Made by a program: the position numbers and the translations under genes. Under the pieces are notes generated by a model. The model did not search any database, had not been told where the DNA came from, and saw only the letters and a list, made by a program, of their open reading frames with translations. Positions 1-11,572 of a DNA stretch of 64,000 nt are shown here, one piece after another (position 1 is the stretch's first letter; every line of letters starts with the position of its first letter). The stretch covers positions 64,001 to 128,000 of IMG/VR virus record IMGVR_UViG_3300010400_000001. One strand, written 5' to 3'. The stretch comes from a virus.

Positions 1-2775
1 CGGCTCCGGAGGTCGGGGTCGAGGATACTGCTGCAGCGCGAGCGACAGCAGCGCTCCCACCGCCTGAAGCGCGGCCCACACGGCCACAAACCGAACGAAG
101 GCGCGCGCGGCGTTCACGGCCCGTCCTTCGTTCGGATCAGAATCCAAACCCCCCATAGACAAAGGGCAAGGAACATCACAAGGGCGACAACCTCTTGCCA
201 CGCCTGGACAGGCGGACGCGACACGGGGAACTTCTCGGTAGCAAGAGTCATTAGCTTCGCCATGATGTTGCCCCCGGCCCACATCGTCAGACAGAGCACA
301 AAGTAGCGGGAGGCATTCATGGCCTCCTCCTCTCCGCGCGCCGGCGCGCTGCCTGCTCAGCAACGAGCTGGTCGCGCATCCGCTTGTTGAGGGCTCTCAG
401 CTGAGGGAGCTCGGCAGCGATCTGCCGCAGCCTAGCTTCGTAGTTTCCGATTTCCTCCTCTTCGGGCGACGCCCAGCCGATGTCGTCGTCGATGATGCTG
501 CGCAAGCGCCGGAGGCGTTCGGAATCCTCCGGGTCGACGCCGAACCCGCCCACATCGGTCGGCATCGGATAACGGAGCTTCACTTCGCGTGTTTTCGGTT
601 TCACGGCATCTCCTTTTGCCACCGATTCTCGACTCCAGTCTCCTCCTCGAGTTCGAAGGCACAGAAGCTTTTGCCGTACGCTTTCTCCTTGTCCTCGCCC
701 CAGCGATCGATGCAGTGCGCGTACCACGTGTGCGCGATGCGAGACTCGGTAAACGCCATGCCGAGCCAAAAGCCGAAGGCCGTCGCGAGGCAGAGCGCCG
801 TCGTAAAAAGGAGATGAGCGATCATAGACGCCTCGTGTAGGCGTATGCCGCGACAATGCCAGCTGCAAGCACGCCAAGCTGGCTCCACGTCGGCAGCTCG
901 AGAACTTGGAGGTCACGACCGTTGAACGACACAACGTGGCCTCCGTAGCATTCGAGCCGCACCGCAAGCGGCGGAACTGGCACAGGCATCGGCTGGACGG
1001 CCCAGTGCTCAGCAAAGAACCGTCCTCCCATCGGCCAATCCGGAATGAAGCCCACGTGTGTGTAGTGCACGAAGACCGAACCGCAGCGTGGACAACCGAC
1101 TGACGGTGTCAGAAACGGTGGGAGCTCATCGAGATTTCCCTCGCCCACGCGAATCCAATTCATGGAGTCGCCGCGCTCGGCGCTGCCGCCGCTCATAACG
1201 AGCTCGCCCAGATCGCCTCCTCCAGTCATCGAAGCCACCCGAGGTAAGCGGCGAGCATCAGGAGCAGGACTAAGAGAACGCTCAGCCAAAACACCCCCAC
1301 GTACAGCCATCGGGGCAAAATCGCCTTGTGCTTCTGTCTCATTTTCTCGTCGACCGCGACGAGGATGGCGTCGATCTTACGCTGCTCTTCCTCTGGAGTT
1401 AGCTTCTCGCGCAAGCCGGTAGCCGCATCTTCACGACTGAGCGCACGCTCGTGGTCCGCTGGAGAACTCACCTCGATCCGCTCTGCCGGAATATCCCTGA
1501 ATCCACCTAGCGACTCTTCTATCGTTCGCTTTTCGTAAGACTCGAACGGAAGCGCGAGGAATCCCGGCTTCTGCTCTCCGAGCCTGAAGCTCGTGGGCAG
1601 GGACTGCTGCGAGCGGCGGAGATCTTTCTCCTCGCCGAAGATGCCGCCGAAGATCCCACCGCCCTCGAGCCGCCCGGTCGACTCGAGCTCGTCGGCCATC
1701 TCGAATTGCTTGCGATAGTGCTCGCGCACCGCCGGCTCCTTGATCTTGGCAAGGACCTCTTCCATCTGCTTCTTGTCCATCGCTCTCCTTTTTCAGTGCT
1801 CCTTCGGCACGCCCAAAACAGTCTTGACCTCGATCGCCGGGCAGTTCTTGCACGTGAAGACGAGCCTGGTGGCGCCGGACGCTCGGCGCTCTATAGCCAA
1901 TAGGAGATCCGGCAGCGCCGTCTCTGGCACCTCTCTGATGTTCACGTCCCCAGCTATGGGGATCGCAACGACTTCCGCGCGGAGCTCCCACTGGTGAAGG
2001 CACGGAGCCAACGCCGGGTGACGGCCCCAATGTCTGAGTATCAAGGCCCACACGAAGACCACAAGCGAGAAGGCCAGGGAGAACCCAACGAAGTAGACTA
2101 TGGTCACGACGCCGTCTTCCCCTCTACTTCGTCCGCCTTCTTTTCGTACGCGCGAGAGAGCGCGACACACGCGTCCTTCCGCTGCTCGGCCGAGACTGCC
2201 TGATCGACGTAAAAGCGAGCTAGGTCTCGCCATCCCTCGGCAAGCTCATGCCGCTCGGCGATGATGCGCTCTTGCTCGCGAAGAGCCCTGTCGGCCGCCG
2301 CGATGAGCCCCGAATGCCTAGCACGCTCTCGACCGAGCTCTCGCTGGGCGACAACGCCTTCCTTTGCCGCAGCGATCATCTCGCTCCAGTTATGGAAGCC
2401 CTGCTGCCTGGCGAAGCGCTGTTTATTCATAGCGCTTTCCGTAGAGCCTCTCGGCTGCGTCCCGCACTCCGTCCTGAAGATGGCCGAGGTTTTTTGCCTC
2501 GTGCTCGACGATCGTCGCGAGCAGGCGCCTGGCCTCGACGAGGCGACCGAGAGCCCAGAGCGCTCGCTCTCGACTGTAGGGAGATCCGGTAGGCGTCAGC
2601 GCATCGAGCGTCGCCGCGATGCCGTTCGCCATCTCGAGCGAAGTCGTATCGATCTCGATGTAGCCCGAGGCGATCACCGAGAAGATCTCGACTCCCTTGT
2701 CCCAGTTCTTGCTCTTCCTCACCACCACCGTGCCACTGCTCGACCGATAGCACCCGTCGTCGTCAAAATTAATGC

Positions 2776-3693
2776 TCACCGTTTTCCTCCGATTGTGATG
2801 TTCATCGCCTTTTCAAGAAACCCGAAAGCACGTAGCCCTCGATCCCGAAACCCCCCAAGTGCTCCGCCGACAAGGAGGTCCTTCACTCGGCCGAGCATGA
2901 ACTCCGGAGAGCAGTCGGCGTCGCTGCCGAGCCCCCTGGCAGCGTCCAAGAGAACCTCTGTCGCGTACGCGTTCGTCATCGACATGATGAGAGCGAACGA
3001 CCAGAGCATCTGCTGCTCCTTCGTGTGCTGCCACGTATCCTCTCCCGAGTTCGGAGACCACCGGATGTCCTGCCTCGCCGGCGGCCCGAGAAGCTCGGGG
3101 AGCACCTCGGCTGCAAACGCACACTGCGCGGCGTCCATGGACTCATCGCGAAGGAGCTCGCTCGTCACCGAAACCCAAAGACGGGCGACCGATTTCTGCT
3201 TGCTCGTCCACTTGCCGCGCACGGCGCCGCCGGTGACTAGGGATCGAAGCTCCGTCTCGGTCAGAAGCGGATGCCCCTTCTCGTCCATGAGCGCGATGCC
3301 GCTCGGGCTCTTCGCGCATGGCTTCACGAACACGCCGGTCGCGTGAACCACCGGCGCCAAGACTTCGAGAAATCGAGCTGGGCTCTGTTCGAGACACTTG
3401 TAGAGGAGCTTCTGGGCGTAGCCAGACGAGAGCGTCACACCGAGTCCGCCGAGAGAGAGGATGCCCGAGCCGACGGCGTGGACCTGATCGACGTTGCTAC
3501 CCGCAGCCTGGCAAGCGACAGCGAACGTGGTTTCCCAAAAAGTCTTCGTGCCGAAGCCCGGGGCGCGGGCGCCGGCGGCGCACCAGCCGCTGTCCTCTGC
3601 CCGCATGCACCACCTGACCCACGGCCGGCCCTGAGGCGTCCGTGCGGGCGCATCCTCGGGCACGTACTGGGAGCCCAGGACGTCGAAGATCAT
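2776..3693 (-). CDS. Hypothetical protein (305 aa)
   Basis: Long ORF overlapping both neighbours by 4 nt; globular composition. Confidence 0.7.
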   Translation of the reverse strand: MIFDVLGSQYVPEDAPARTPQGRPWVRWCMRAEDSGWCAAGARAPGFGTKTFWETTFAVACQAAGSNVDQVHAVGSGILSLGGLGVTLSSGYAQKLLYKCLEQSPARFLEVLAPVVHATGVFVKPCAKSPSGIALMDEKGHPLLTETELRSLVTGGAVRGKWTSKQKSVARLWVSVTSELLRDESMDAAQCAFAAEVLPELLGPPARQDIRWSPNSGEDTWQHTKEQQMLWSFALIMSMTNAYATEVLLDAARGLGSDADCSPEFMLGRVKDLLVGGALGGFRDRGLRAFGFLEKAMNITIGGKR

Positions 3694-4835
3694 TCGGCCT
3701 CCTCCGTCGCTGCTTTAAAGCACTTCGACCATGTCGTGTGCATGTCTCGCACTCGCGAGACGGGAATGTAGCGAGCAGAGTCGTCTCCTACGAACGCTCG
3801 AATGCCGAAGAATCCTGTTTTTTGTGTGTGCACGAGGATGTCGCTCAAGCGCGCCACGGCGTCGATGACGTACGCCTTTCCATCCGCGAGGAGCACAACC
3901 CGACCGGTGCATACGAATGACACCTTCTCCCCGTCGTCGAGAGTGAGAAGAATAAAGAGCTTGCCCACGTTGAACTTCTGAGGCTCCGGCGCGGCCGCCG
4001 GCTCTGGTTCCGATGCTGGCGCATCCGGCGCATCCGGCGACGATTGCTTTTTTGCAAACGGCCACATCAGAGCGGCCTCCCTGTAGTCGGTGGGCTACCC
4101 GCGCGGGCACGATGCACAGTGAACCAGAGCACCGCGCTGTCGGTGAGCCTCCTGCAGCGATTACCCGCGGTGGCGCCGCACGTCGGACAGGCGACGAAGT
4201 GCGGCGACGAGCCTTCCTGGTCCTCTGCCACCACGTCGGGCTCCAGATCGCTTTCCCGCCTGGCGCCTTCTTGCCTTCTGATTTTCTCGTGCGCGGCAAA
4301 AATGCTTGACGCAACGGCTAGCGCGCGATCCGGAGGGATCGCGTGGACGACGCGCGTGAGTCCCCACGCGAGAACGACACGAAGCCCGCCGTCGCCGAGG
4401 ACCTCGAAGCTCGATGTGTGCTCTACGTCTTTGGCTATCATCAGTACCGCTTCCCGTTGATGATCTGCACGTTCTCTTCGTCGATGCAGACGACGGTGAA
4501 ACCGAAACCCACGACGGGCACGCCGTGCTTGGCAACGCAGGCATTCCACCGGAGGTTCTTGTCCACCTCGATCTGTCGCTCAGTCGGCTCTTGAATCGCC
4601 TCCGCAGAGTGCACGATCCGAGGCGTCTCGCTATCGAACTCCGCGGGCAGCCACGCAGAGACGCTTGGCGCCGCAGAGGGCGACGGCTTCGCGCTGTCAC
4701 GCAAGCCATCTCGCATGCCCCACAGCGCGCCGGTCGTGCCCGCCGTGGCGCCTACGACGAGAAAAAAGCAGCTGACCACGGTGAATGCGGTCGTGAGCGA
4801 GACCGGGTACTCGAGAATTCGTTGCCTCAGGGTCT

Positions 4836-5059
4836 TCATCGCCTCTCGCTCCTCCTTCCCTGTTCGGGCGGCGTCTCGTTCTTGAATCCCGGCAGGAAAC
4901 GGACGCCACCGTGCACTCCACCGCGGGCCGCCAGGTGAGGCCACAGTACTGGCACGAGTGCGTGTGATGAGGCTTCGTGGCGAACTCCCCCTCGTCGACG
5001 TGAAGCTCCCCGCAGGCCTCGCATGGCAGTCGCATCGGGATCGGTTCGCGCTCGCTCAC
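4836..5059 (-). pseudogene. Small Zn-finger protein apparently split by a 1-nt frameshift near 4910
   Basis: MSEREPIPMRLPCEACGELH...HSCQYCGLTWRPAVECTV continues naturally as GVRFLPGFKNE in another frame, whose stop at 4836 overlaps the next start (4839). Confidence 0.5.
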
Positions 5060-5363
5060 GCTTTTCCCCGTTCTCGATCGCCCATCATGGCGTCGAAGAC
5101 TTCCGGGCCGAGTTCCTGCCGCATCTCTTCGATCTGCTCTAGCGTCGGGCTCTCGTCGTCGTATGCGCCATCGACTACCTTCTGCGCCAGATCGACAAAG
5201 CCCGCTGCCTGGAGGTCGGCGACCAACTGTATCTTCGGCGTCGCAAGCTCGGAATCGAAGTCGTGGTAGACGCCGGCCTTAGCTCGCTGCTCGATGTAGG
5301 CGCGCTTGAGCGAGTACGGCTTCTTCCAGAGATCTTCGACGAGCTCTTTCTTGGTCGTTCCCA

Positions 5364-5720
5364 TCAGCGGGCCTCCTGAGCGGTAAAGCGACGGATGAGT
5401 TCCATCACGAGTTCGTCGCCACCCTGGCGCCGGTCAATGTACTCCGATGCGACGTAGTGCTCGTCCGCTACGCCGCGCCCGGCCTTGCGGCGCACGTACC
5501 CGGGCTTGTCGGGATCATCTTCGTTCGTGGAACATGCCCAAACCGTCGGCTCCCCGCCGCCCATCCGCTGAGGCGAGAGCGGTCCGCCGCAAACAGGACA
5601 TGGCGGGATCACGCTCGGCCGATAGCGCTCGGTCAGCTCTTCGACGAGCTCCGCATTGCTCCAGTCCGGCGGTTCCTTTTCGTAGCGCTCGTTTCGTTTC
5701 TTGCGCTCGGCTGGTGTCAT
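5364..5720 (-). CDS. Ead/Ea22-like phage protein
   Basis: PPCPVCGGPLSPQRM...WACS...GRGVADEHY motif resembles, from memory, the Ead/Ea22-like family. Confidence 0.45.
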   Translation of the reverse strand: MTPAERKKRNERYEKEPPDWSNAELVEELTERYRPSVIPPCPVCGGPLSPQRMGGGEPTVWACSTNEDDPDKPGYVRRKAGRGVADEHYVASEYIDRRQGGDELVMELIRRFTAQEAR

Positions 5721-5946
5721 CCTGGCCCCCCTCTCGCCGGCGAGTCACTCACGAATCGAATGGCGCGCTTAGGAACAAGCGCGGACCCCAATGCCCCGAG
5801 AAAACGACCGCGCCCACCAAGCCGCACTGCGCGCTCGTCCACTGTTCGGATCCGGTACCGTGTTTTCGTTTCCCCAACGACGAGAACCGCCGTCTCGTGA
5901 TAGCCGGCCCAGTCGTTCATACACAGCCAGGCCATGCGCTCGGTAG

Positions 5947-6801
5947 TCATCTAACCCTCCCTACTTCCTCACCGCAATCCGGACAGCGACCGACGATGGT
6001 ACTCGGGTGTTCGCACTTGGCTGGCGCATCACCGAGAACCGAGCGGGCTTTTTCGAGCCACGGCATGACGAGTTCTTGATTGTGCGGACTGATAGACCGG
6101 GCTGCCTGAGCGAACGGCATTGCCTCCCGCACGAGCGCGCGGAGTTCGTCGAGCGTGGCATCGCCACGAGCCGGCTCAGCCACGGATACGATGTCCGAGC
6201 TCGCGAATGCTGGCGGCCCGTACGGCACATGTGCCTTCGGCTCCCGGTTGCGTTCCCAACATTCGGCGTGGAGCCCCTGCCAAATCGTGGCACCACCGAC
6301 ACGCATTCGGACAAGCCACTCCACCGGCTTGCCGTCATAGAAGCCAGCTTCGTCCCGCGGCTTGTGGCAAATAACACACGAGCAACGGCAGTCCTCGCCT
6401 GTCGCCGGGACTGGTAGGAAGACGAGTTGATCCTGCCTGGCTTCGCGGAGGGCTGCGGCTTCCGCGCGCGCCTCGTTGCGTTGCCCGACCAACACCGCCA
6501 CGGATCTAGGAAGCTGGTAGTCCTCGCTGTCGAATTCGTCGCCGGGCAACGCATCCTCGGTTTGCACGTATGCCTCACATGCCCAGAGAATCTTTCGACC
6601 CTTGCCGACGTCGTCATCCCCGAGACCGAGCCTGCCGTCGATGGCGGAGTAAGCGGCATCGCGGAGCTTTCTGAGCTCGGTGACCTCTCTAGCCAGCTCA
6701 CGTATTACAGCGATCTCTGGCGCCTCTTCCTGCTTCGGCGGACAAATCAGGTGGCGTCCGGGCTGCCCGCAACGCTCGCAGTAGCGAGGAACGAGGCTCA
6801 T
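5947..6801 (-). CDS. Hypothetical protein with several Cys/His clusters
   Basis: ORF with CERC, CRCSCVICH and CPDC motifs; overlaps neighbours. Confidence 0.65.
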   Translation of the reverse strand: MSLVPRYCERCGQPGRHLICPPKQEEAPEIAVIRELAREVTELRKLRDAAYSAIDGRLGLGDDDVGKGRKILWACEAYVQTEDALPGDEFDSEDYQLPRSVAVLVGQRNEARAEAAALREARQDQLVFLPVPATGEDCRCSCVICHKPRDEAGFYDGKPVEWLVRMRVGGATIWQGLHAECWERNREPKAHVPYGPPAFASSDIVSVAEPARGDATLDELRALVREAMPFAQAARSISPHNQELVMPWLEKARSVLGDAPAKCEHPSTIVGRCPDCGEEVGRVR

Positions 6802-7308
6802 GTGCCGCTCCCATCGCCTAGGACGGAGCGGGCTTTGTCGAGCCACTCTCGCGCATCGTCAGAGCCCCGCACGTCGGCGTACTCGAGTGCATCGCACATC
6901 GGCATTGCCTCCCGCACGAGCGCGCGGAGCGTATCGATCTCGCAAACGAGCTCTCGCACCATGACCCGAGCGCCCTTGGGGTACTCCGACCTGGCTCCCC
7001 AGTCGCGACATTCAGCCAACTTGCTCTCCTTCATGGCCACTCCGAACAGCCGAGCACCCGCGGCTCGTCGCTATGCTTGAGCTCGTCCCACATGGAGACC
7101 GTTCCACGCTCCGTATCCGTGTTGCACTTCAGTTTCCGGGCGCGCTCTTCTGAGCATTCCGAGATCGTCGCTTCCTCGAAGTCTTCCGGGTCTGATCCCT
7201 GCTCCTCACCCACGACGTAAAGAAGCTCTCGAGCGTGCTCCGGATGCAGGGCAGCGACCCAGTACGTTGCGCCGCCCACCGCGGCCTGGAAGATCTTGAG
7301 CGGCAGCG

Positions 7309-8340
7309 TCATGGCTCGAACCCGAGCCTACCGAGCTCCGCGGCGATGAGGTCGAGGTCCCCCCACGCTTCGTCGGTCACTTTTCCGTGTTTGTTCATCC
7401 AATGGCGCATCATCTGGCACAGGGCGCGGAGCTCGAAGTGCTCGGCGGCGAATTGGCGGCGACTGTATGCCGGACAGAGCCGAGCTTCCTGAATCGCGTC
7501 TTCGATATCGGCGCCGCAGTCGCCGCACATGTCGGCGCCGCCCTCTGCCGGGGTGACAGGACGGTGCGTCTCCACGATGGTGACGAGCGAGTCGTGAACT
7601 CTAGAAACGATCGACTCGAAGTTCTCTTCGTCGGGACACCCAGCTGCTTCGGTTAGGCGCGCCAAGGATGCGCGGAGCGTCGTGTTCTCGGCATGAAGCC
7701 GTTTCAGCGAGTCCCGATCTGCTTCCGCGAGCGCCCTCGGCAGGCGCTGGCGATTGAGCCTCACGATCTGCTCACGCAATTCGACGTTCTCGCGCCGAAG
7801 CTCCTCGACCTCTTTCGTAGGTTCCTGCATTTCCCTCACCTCCATGTGCCGGATTGCGTCCGCGAACACGCGGAGACCAACTTCCGTATCGATGTGGTAG
7901 ACGTCGACCACGATTCGCGCGGCCGCGGCCTTCTTATCGACTACGCATCGCCATGTGTTTTCGATCCATTTAAGCCTTTCGGGCACGCTCTCTTCTCTCC
8001 CATCAGGGTCTTCGTACAAGCGCACGCCGTCAGCGTCGTAGTATTTCGCGCCGTAGGACTCCGGGTGAGGACAGGCGCAATGGCCGCCGCTCCGAATGTC
8101 GGTCCTGCCCACCGGATCGGCGTACAGCTCTCGCGCGAGTTCGATCGGCACCGGCCCCTCGGCTACCCAGTAGGTCCACGCGCGATGGAAGTTAATGAGG
8201 CCGAGTTTGCCCTGGAGCGTTGCCGCTACCTCGCCAGCCAAGCGGGGGCCCTTGACGATCGAAATCCGCGCGCGCGTGAGCTCCTCTCGGATGTGCTCGT
8301 CACACTCGGCCGAGCCGGCTAGATTCACGAGTCCGCTCAC
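7309..8340 (-). CDS. Hypothetical protein with a coiled-coil middle segment
   Basis: ORF; EVEELRRENVELREQIVRL heptads; GTG start overlaps the upstream stop. Confidence 0.65.
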   Translation of the reverse strand: MSGLVNLAGSAECDEHIREELTRARISIVKGPRLAGEVAATLQGKLGLINFHRAWTYWVAEGPVPIELARELYADPVGRTDIRSGGHCACPHPESYGAKYYDADGVRLYEDPDGREESVPERLKWIENTWRCVVDKKAAAARIVVDVYHIDTEVGLRVFADAIRHMEVREMQEPTKEVEELRRENVELREQIVRLNRQRLPRALAEADRDSLKRLHAENTTLRASLARLTEAAGCPDEENFESIVSRVHDSLVTIVETHRPVTPAEGGADMCGDCGADIEDAIQEARLCPAYSRRQFAAEHFELRALCQMMRHWMNKHGKVTDEAWGDLDLIAAELGRLGFEP

Positions 8341-8763
8341 TTCTTTTTTCCTTGCGCCGGGTACACGATTCGCACGAAGGCATACTCCCAGATGACAACG
8401 TCCTGGCCGCGCGCCCACTCCTGAATCCCTTCGAGCGGCTCCTTCTCGAGCAGGAAGTGTTCGCCGTTCGGACGGACAATGATCCAGTGATTCGCGCCCG
8501 AGAGCGGAGCGGGGACGAGCGCTTCCGGATCTGCCGTTGCATGCGCGTCCACCTTGGTTGGTTCTTTATTCATGTGCCTCACAGTTTCGCTACTACTACA
8601 GCGATGGCCACGCTCCCCGCGCACCAGCGCGGGCTCGCGCCAAGAGCGAAGGCGCACGCTCCAACGAAGAGCGCGTTACCGAGAATGGTCGTCATGTGCT
8701 CCACTTTCTCTGCCACGAGCTTCATTGCCGGGTCGACCCGTTCCGCTTCGTCGAACACGTCTC

Positions 8764-9279
8764 TCACTTCTCGGCCTCGAGCTCTTTCCTCAAAAGCTCC
8801 TGAAGTCGCGGGAGCGCGACCGTCACCCAGTGCTTGAGCCCGTAGCTCATCCTGTAGACGGCGAACTCGTGCGGCGACTCGAAACTCGTCTCGCGGTACC
8901 AATCGTAAAAGCCCACGATATCGTCCTCGACACTCGAGGCGATTTCCCACTCGCGGAGGGCGTCTTCGTGGCTCAGGCGCTGAGCGCGTCGCTCGGTCCG
9001 GATGTGCTCCCGAATTTTCTCGAACGTTTCCTGCCCGTCGTAGACCTGGAGTTCCTCTTTCTTCCCCATGCCGAACTTCCCGGCAACGTAGTCCGGGCCA
9101 GTGGACTCGAAGAACTGCCGGAAGTCTGGAAACCCCGTGTGCGCAGTCACCCACCGGAAGCACCAGGTCCCGTAGTCCGACAGAACGGCCACGCATCCAG
9201 TCGAATCAATGAAGACGATCGACCACGAGTCGCTTCCGTCCGGAAGCGCGGGAAGTTGGTAGCGCCACGTCGTCGTCAT
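8764..9279 (-). CDS. Hypothetical phage protein (171 aa)
   Basis: Clean ORF with aromatic-rich globular composition. Confidence 0.65.
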   Translation of the reverse strand: MTTTWRYQLPALPDGSDSWSIVFIDSTGCVAVLSDYGTWCFRWVTAHTGFPDFRQFFESTGPDYVAGKFGMGKKEELQVYDGQETFEKIREHIRTERRAQRLSHEDALREWEIASSVEDDIVGFYDWYRETSFESPHEFAVYRMSYGLKHWVTVALPRLQELLRKELEAEK

Positions 9280-9596
9280 CCTAGAGCGTCGCTCCCAAGT
9301 CTTCCAAGACTCTCGCCATGGCGCCGAGCTCCCTCACGTAGCGCTGCACCTTCCTGTTGACGCGGCCAGCGCGGGAGTCGGAGGCAATATTGCCGAGGCG
9401 TTCGGCGCGCCGGAGGACGGCGATCGCTTCCCGCACGTGACGGGCGGCGTCATCAAAAGCGATGAGTTGGTCACCGACAGTCAAAAGCTCAGTGACGTGC
9501 TGCGGAAGCTTCGCGTGCATCGTTTTTCTCCTGGCGCGTCGTTGCTCGGCGCGACAGGACTCGGGCCCAAGGACAATCCTCGAGCTTCGGCTAGCA

Positions 9597-9625
9597 CTGC
9601 TAGCTCGCCTGTGATTCACTGTCAA
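9597..9625 (-). promoter_or_regulatory. Putative sigma70-type promoter for the leftward operon
   Basis: Minus strand TTGACA-N17-TAGCAG in the divergent intergenic gap. Confidence 0.4.
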
Positions 9626-9671
9626 GCAGGACTGAAGACGCGGGCACCATCCCCCGTCAAAAGGCTACAAA

Positions 9672-10364
9672 ATGGGACGTTTTCTCGTGCGACTATCGAC
9701 CGATGAGATGAAGGAGGCGCGAGGGATCGCGCGCCATCGCGGCGACACTGGACCAATGGAGGCCCTCGGCGAGCAGGCGATTGCGATCGGTTTTCGGCGG
9801 AAGTGGGACGGAGAATTTACGAACCTTCACAAGTGGGATTCGTGGAAGCGGATTGGCGTGACGCCTGCCGGCCTTATCGTGAAGCTCACTAGGTCGGGTC
9901 TTGCAGATCTCGAGCTCGATGAGGCGGTGCCCGGCGACCACGCCGTCGTCCTGGTCGCCACGCCCGAGCCCGGGCTCTTCGTCTTTCTCGGCTGGACGAT
10001 GGCGAGTGAAGCGAAGAAGGAGACCTTCTGGCGCGCTACCACGAAACAGTTCGTGTTTCCGCATGCGTCTCTTCGCTCGTGCTGGGAGCTACGACGTCGG
10101 CCGCGGAACTCGAGCGGACGACTGAACGCAAACGATCCGGCGGACGACTTCGCCGGCGGCGGCCGCTACCCGCACATGCTCGACACGGACACGGGGAAGC
10201 ATCCGGCTACGTACGGGAACATCATCACGTCGAAGTGGGCCCTTCCGTGCCGGCGGTGCCAGAAAATTATCCCCGTTGGGGTAGCTGTCGGTGGTAACCA
10301 GCGTACCGGGACGATCCATGGTGACCCGAAGGACTGCGGCTTCAAGGCGACCACCGACGAGTGA
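9672..10364 (+). CDS. Hypothetical protein with C-terminal Zn-binding motif
   Basis: ORF; CRRC...H...C motif; first gene of the rightward block. Confidence 0.6.
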   Translation: MGRFLVRLSTDEMKEARGIARHRGDTGPMEALGEQAIAIGFRRKWDGEFTNLHKWDSWKRIGVTPAGLIVKLTRSGLADLELDEAVPGDHAVVLVATPEPGLFVFLGWTMASEAKKETFWRATTKQFVFPHASLRSCWELRRRPRNSSGRLNANDPADDFAGGGRYPHMLDTDTGKHPATYGNIITSKWALPCRRCQKIIPVGVAVGGNQRTGTIHGDPKDCGFKATTDE

Positions 10365-10404
10365 GCGCGCATTCAGAACTTGACTGGGATATGCCATCGA
10401 CAGT

Positions 10405-10626
10405 ATGTCGATAGGTCCCATGTCCGACAAAATTTCTACGATGCCGGTGAGAAAGAAACGCGGGCGACCTCGCCCCAATCACTTCTTCGTCATGCTCGAC
10501 GAGGAAGATCGCATTGCGCTCGAGGAAGCAGCGAAACTCGAGAAGCTTACAAAGAGCGACGTGCTTCGGCGCGCGCTCCGCGCTTACTACCGAGAACTAC
10601 GTAAAACACAGGCCATCGCCAGCTAG
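10405..10626 (+). CDS. Ribbon-helix-helix (CopG/Arc-like) DNA-binding regulator; true start probably 10420 or 10441
   Basis: KKRGRPRP (AT-hook-like), then FFVMLDEEDRIALEEAAKLEKLTKSDVLRRALRAY, a classic RHH pattern; TTGACT at 10380 upstream. Confidence 0.75.
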   Translation: MSIGPMSDKISTMPVRKKRGRPRPNHFFVMLDEEDRIALEEAAKLEKLTKSDVLRRALRAYYRELRKTQAIAS

Positions 10627-10644
10627 CCCGAGGAGTCAACCAAA

Positions 10645-11487
10645 ATGGGATTCCTCATCGATCCACGCATGTGGGACGACCCGTGGTTTCGTGGGCTCAA
10701 GTCGCCAGGAGCTCGAGAACTCTGGATGGGGTGCCTTCTCAGCCGTATCCGAACGAGCCTTCCTGGGCTCGTAGCGAATGCTGGCGTTCTCGTGCTCGGC
10801 GAGACGTTGGCGAGGCCCGTCGAGTTCATCCAAGAGGGCATCGAAGAGCTGCTTTTGCCGGACAAAAACGGAAAGCAACACTTTTTTTGGGATTCTGATT
10901 CGAGGGTCATTCGCATCCCGATGGCGCCGAAGTACCAAAAAGCCGAAAACCCGAATCAGCTGCTCGGTTGGTACCGAAACTGGCGGGACATCCCAGAGTG
11001 CCAGCTCAAGTGGGACCACCTCGGGACGCTGCCGCTCGGGGTGAACTTCGAAAACAAGAACATGCGGCAGCTGTGGGCGGAGATTTTTGGCCCCATCGTC
11101 GACGCTCACAACCGCGGGGTGAAGCTCACGAGCAACGCCGAGCTTCCAGCAGGCTGGCGGCCGTCGCGAGGCAAGAAGCCTCTGGATCTGGATCTGAAAG
11201 GGGATCTGAAAGGGGATCGGGATCTGGATCTGGATCTGGATCCCACGGTTACCCAAACCGTTTCGAAACGGTTACAAGTTGTTAAAATCACACCAGAACC
11301 CCAGAATCGGAAAAATCCCGCAAGTCGTTCGCAAAATCACAGCACGACCGGTCGTAAAAGTTTAGTGGGGTCGGGCGGGGCCACCGATAGCACCAGTCTC
11401 CGGGCTACCGATGACCCGGAAGTACTTGAAAAGAATGGGTGGAAGAAGACGAAGGGCGGCACGTGGATGCCTCCCGGTTACTGTTAA
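10645..11487 (+). CDS. Putative phage replication initiator
   Basis: N-term IDPRMWDDPWFRGL..ARELW resembles phage replisome organisers; lies directly upstream of DnaC-like and DnaB genes; contains a (D-L)n linker and an origin-like palindrome; SD GAGGAG. Confidence 0.55.
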   Translation: MGFLIDPRMWDDPWFRGLKSPGARELWMGCLLSRIRTSLPGLVANAGVLVLGETLARPVEFIQEGIEELLLPDKNGKQHFFWDSDSRVIRIPMAPKYQKAENPNQLLGWYRNWRDIPECQLKWDHLGTLPLGVNFENKNMRQLWAEIFGPIVDAHNRGVKLTSNAELPAGWRPSRGKKPLDLDLKGDLKGDRDLDLDLDPTVTQTVSKRLQVVKITPEPQNRKNPASRSQNHSTTGRKSLVGSGGATDSTSLRATDDPEVLEKNGWKKTKGGTWMPPGYC

Positions 11488-11568
11488 ACCCTTTCGAAAC
11501 CGTTTACCTAACCGTTTCGAAACGGTTACCCAAACCGTTTACCTAACCGTTCCGGAACCCTTCCGAAG
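11246..11568. repeat. Origin-like repeats: palindrome AACCGTTTCGAAACGGTT at 11256-11273 and TAACCGTTTCGAAACGGTTA at 11509-11528, plus several AACCGTT(T) half-sites
   Basis: Seen directly; locally AT-rich; located in and after the initiator gene. Confidence 0.7.
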
Positions 11569-11572
11569 GCAC

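Larger units (their letters stand above)
114..9520 (-). other. Leftward cluster of about 25 small phage-type accessory genes, mostly hypothetical (e.g. 317-604, 601-825, 822-1163, 1226-1780, 1793-2107, 2104-2430, 2423-2779, 3690-4067, 4067-4441, 4441-4839, 5056-5364, 5717-5950, 6798-7040, 7031-7312, 8337-8573, 9281-9520)
   Basis: Head-to-tail minus-strand ORFs with 1-4 nt start/stop overlaps (ATGA/GTGA); many have CxxC motifs or single TM segments, typical of phage early regions. Starts were trimmed by eye to the overlap positions. Confidence 0.75.
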
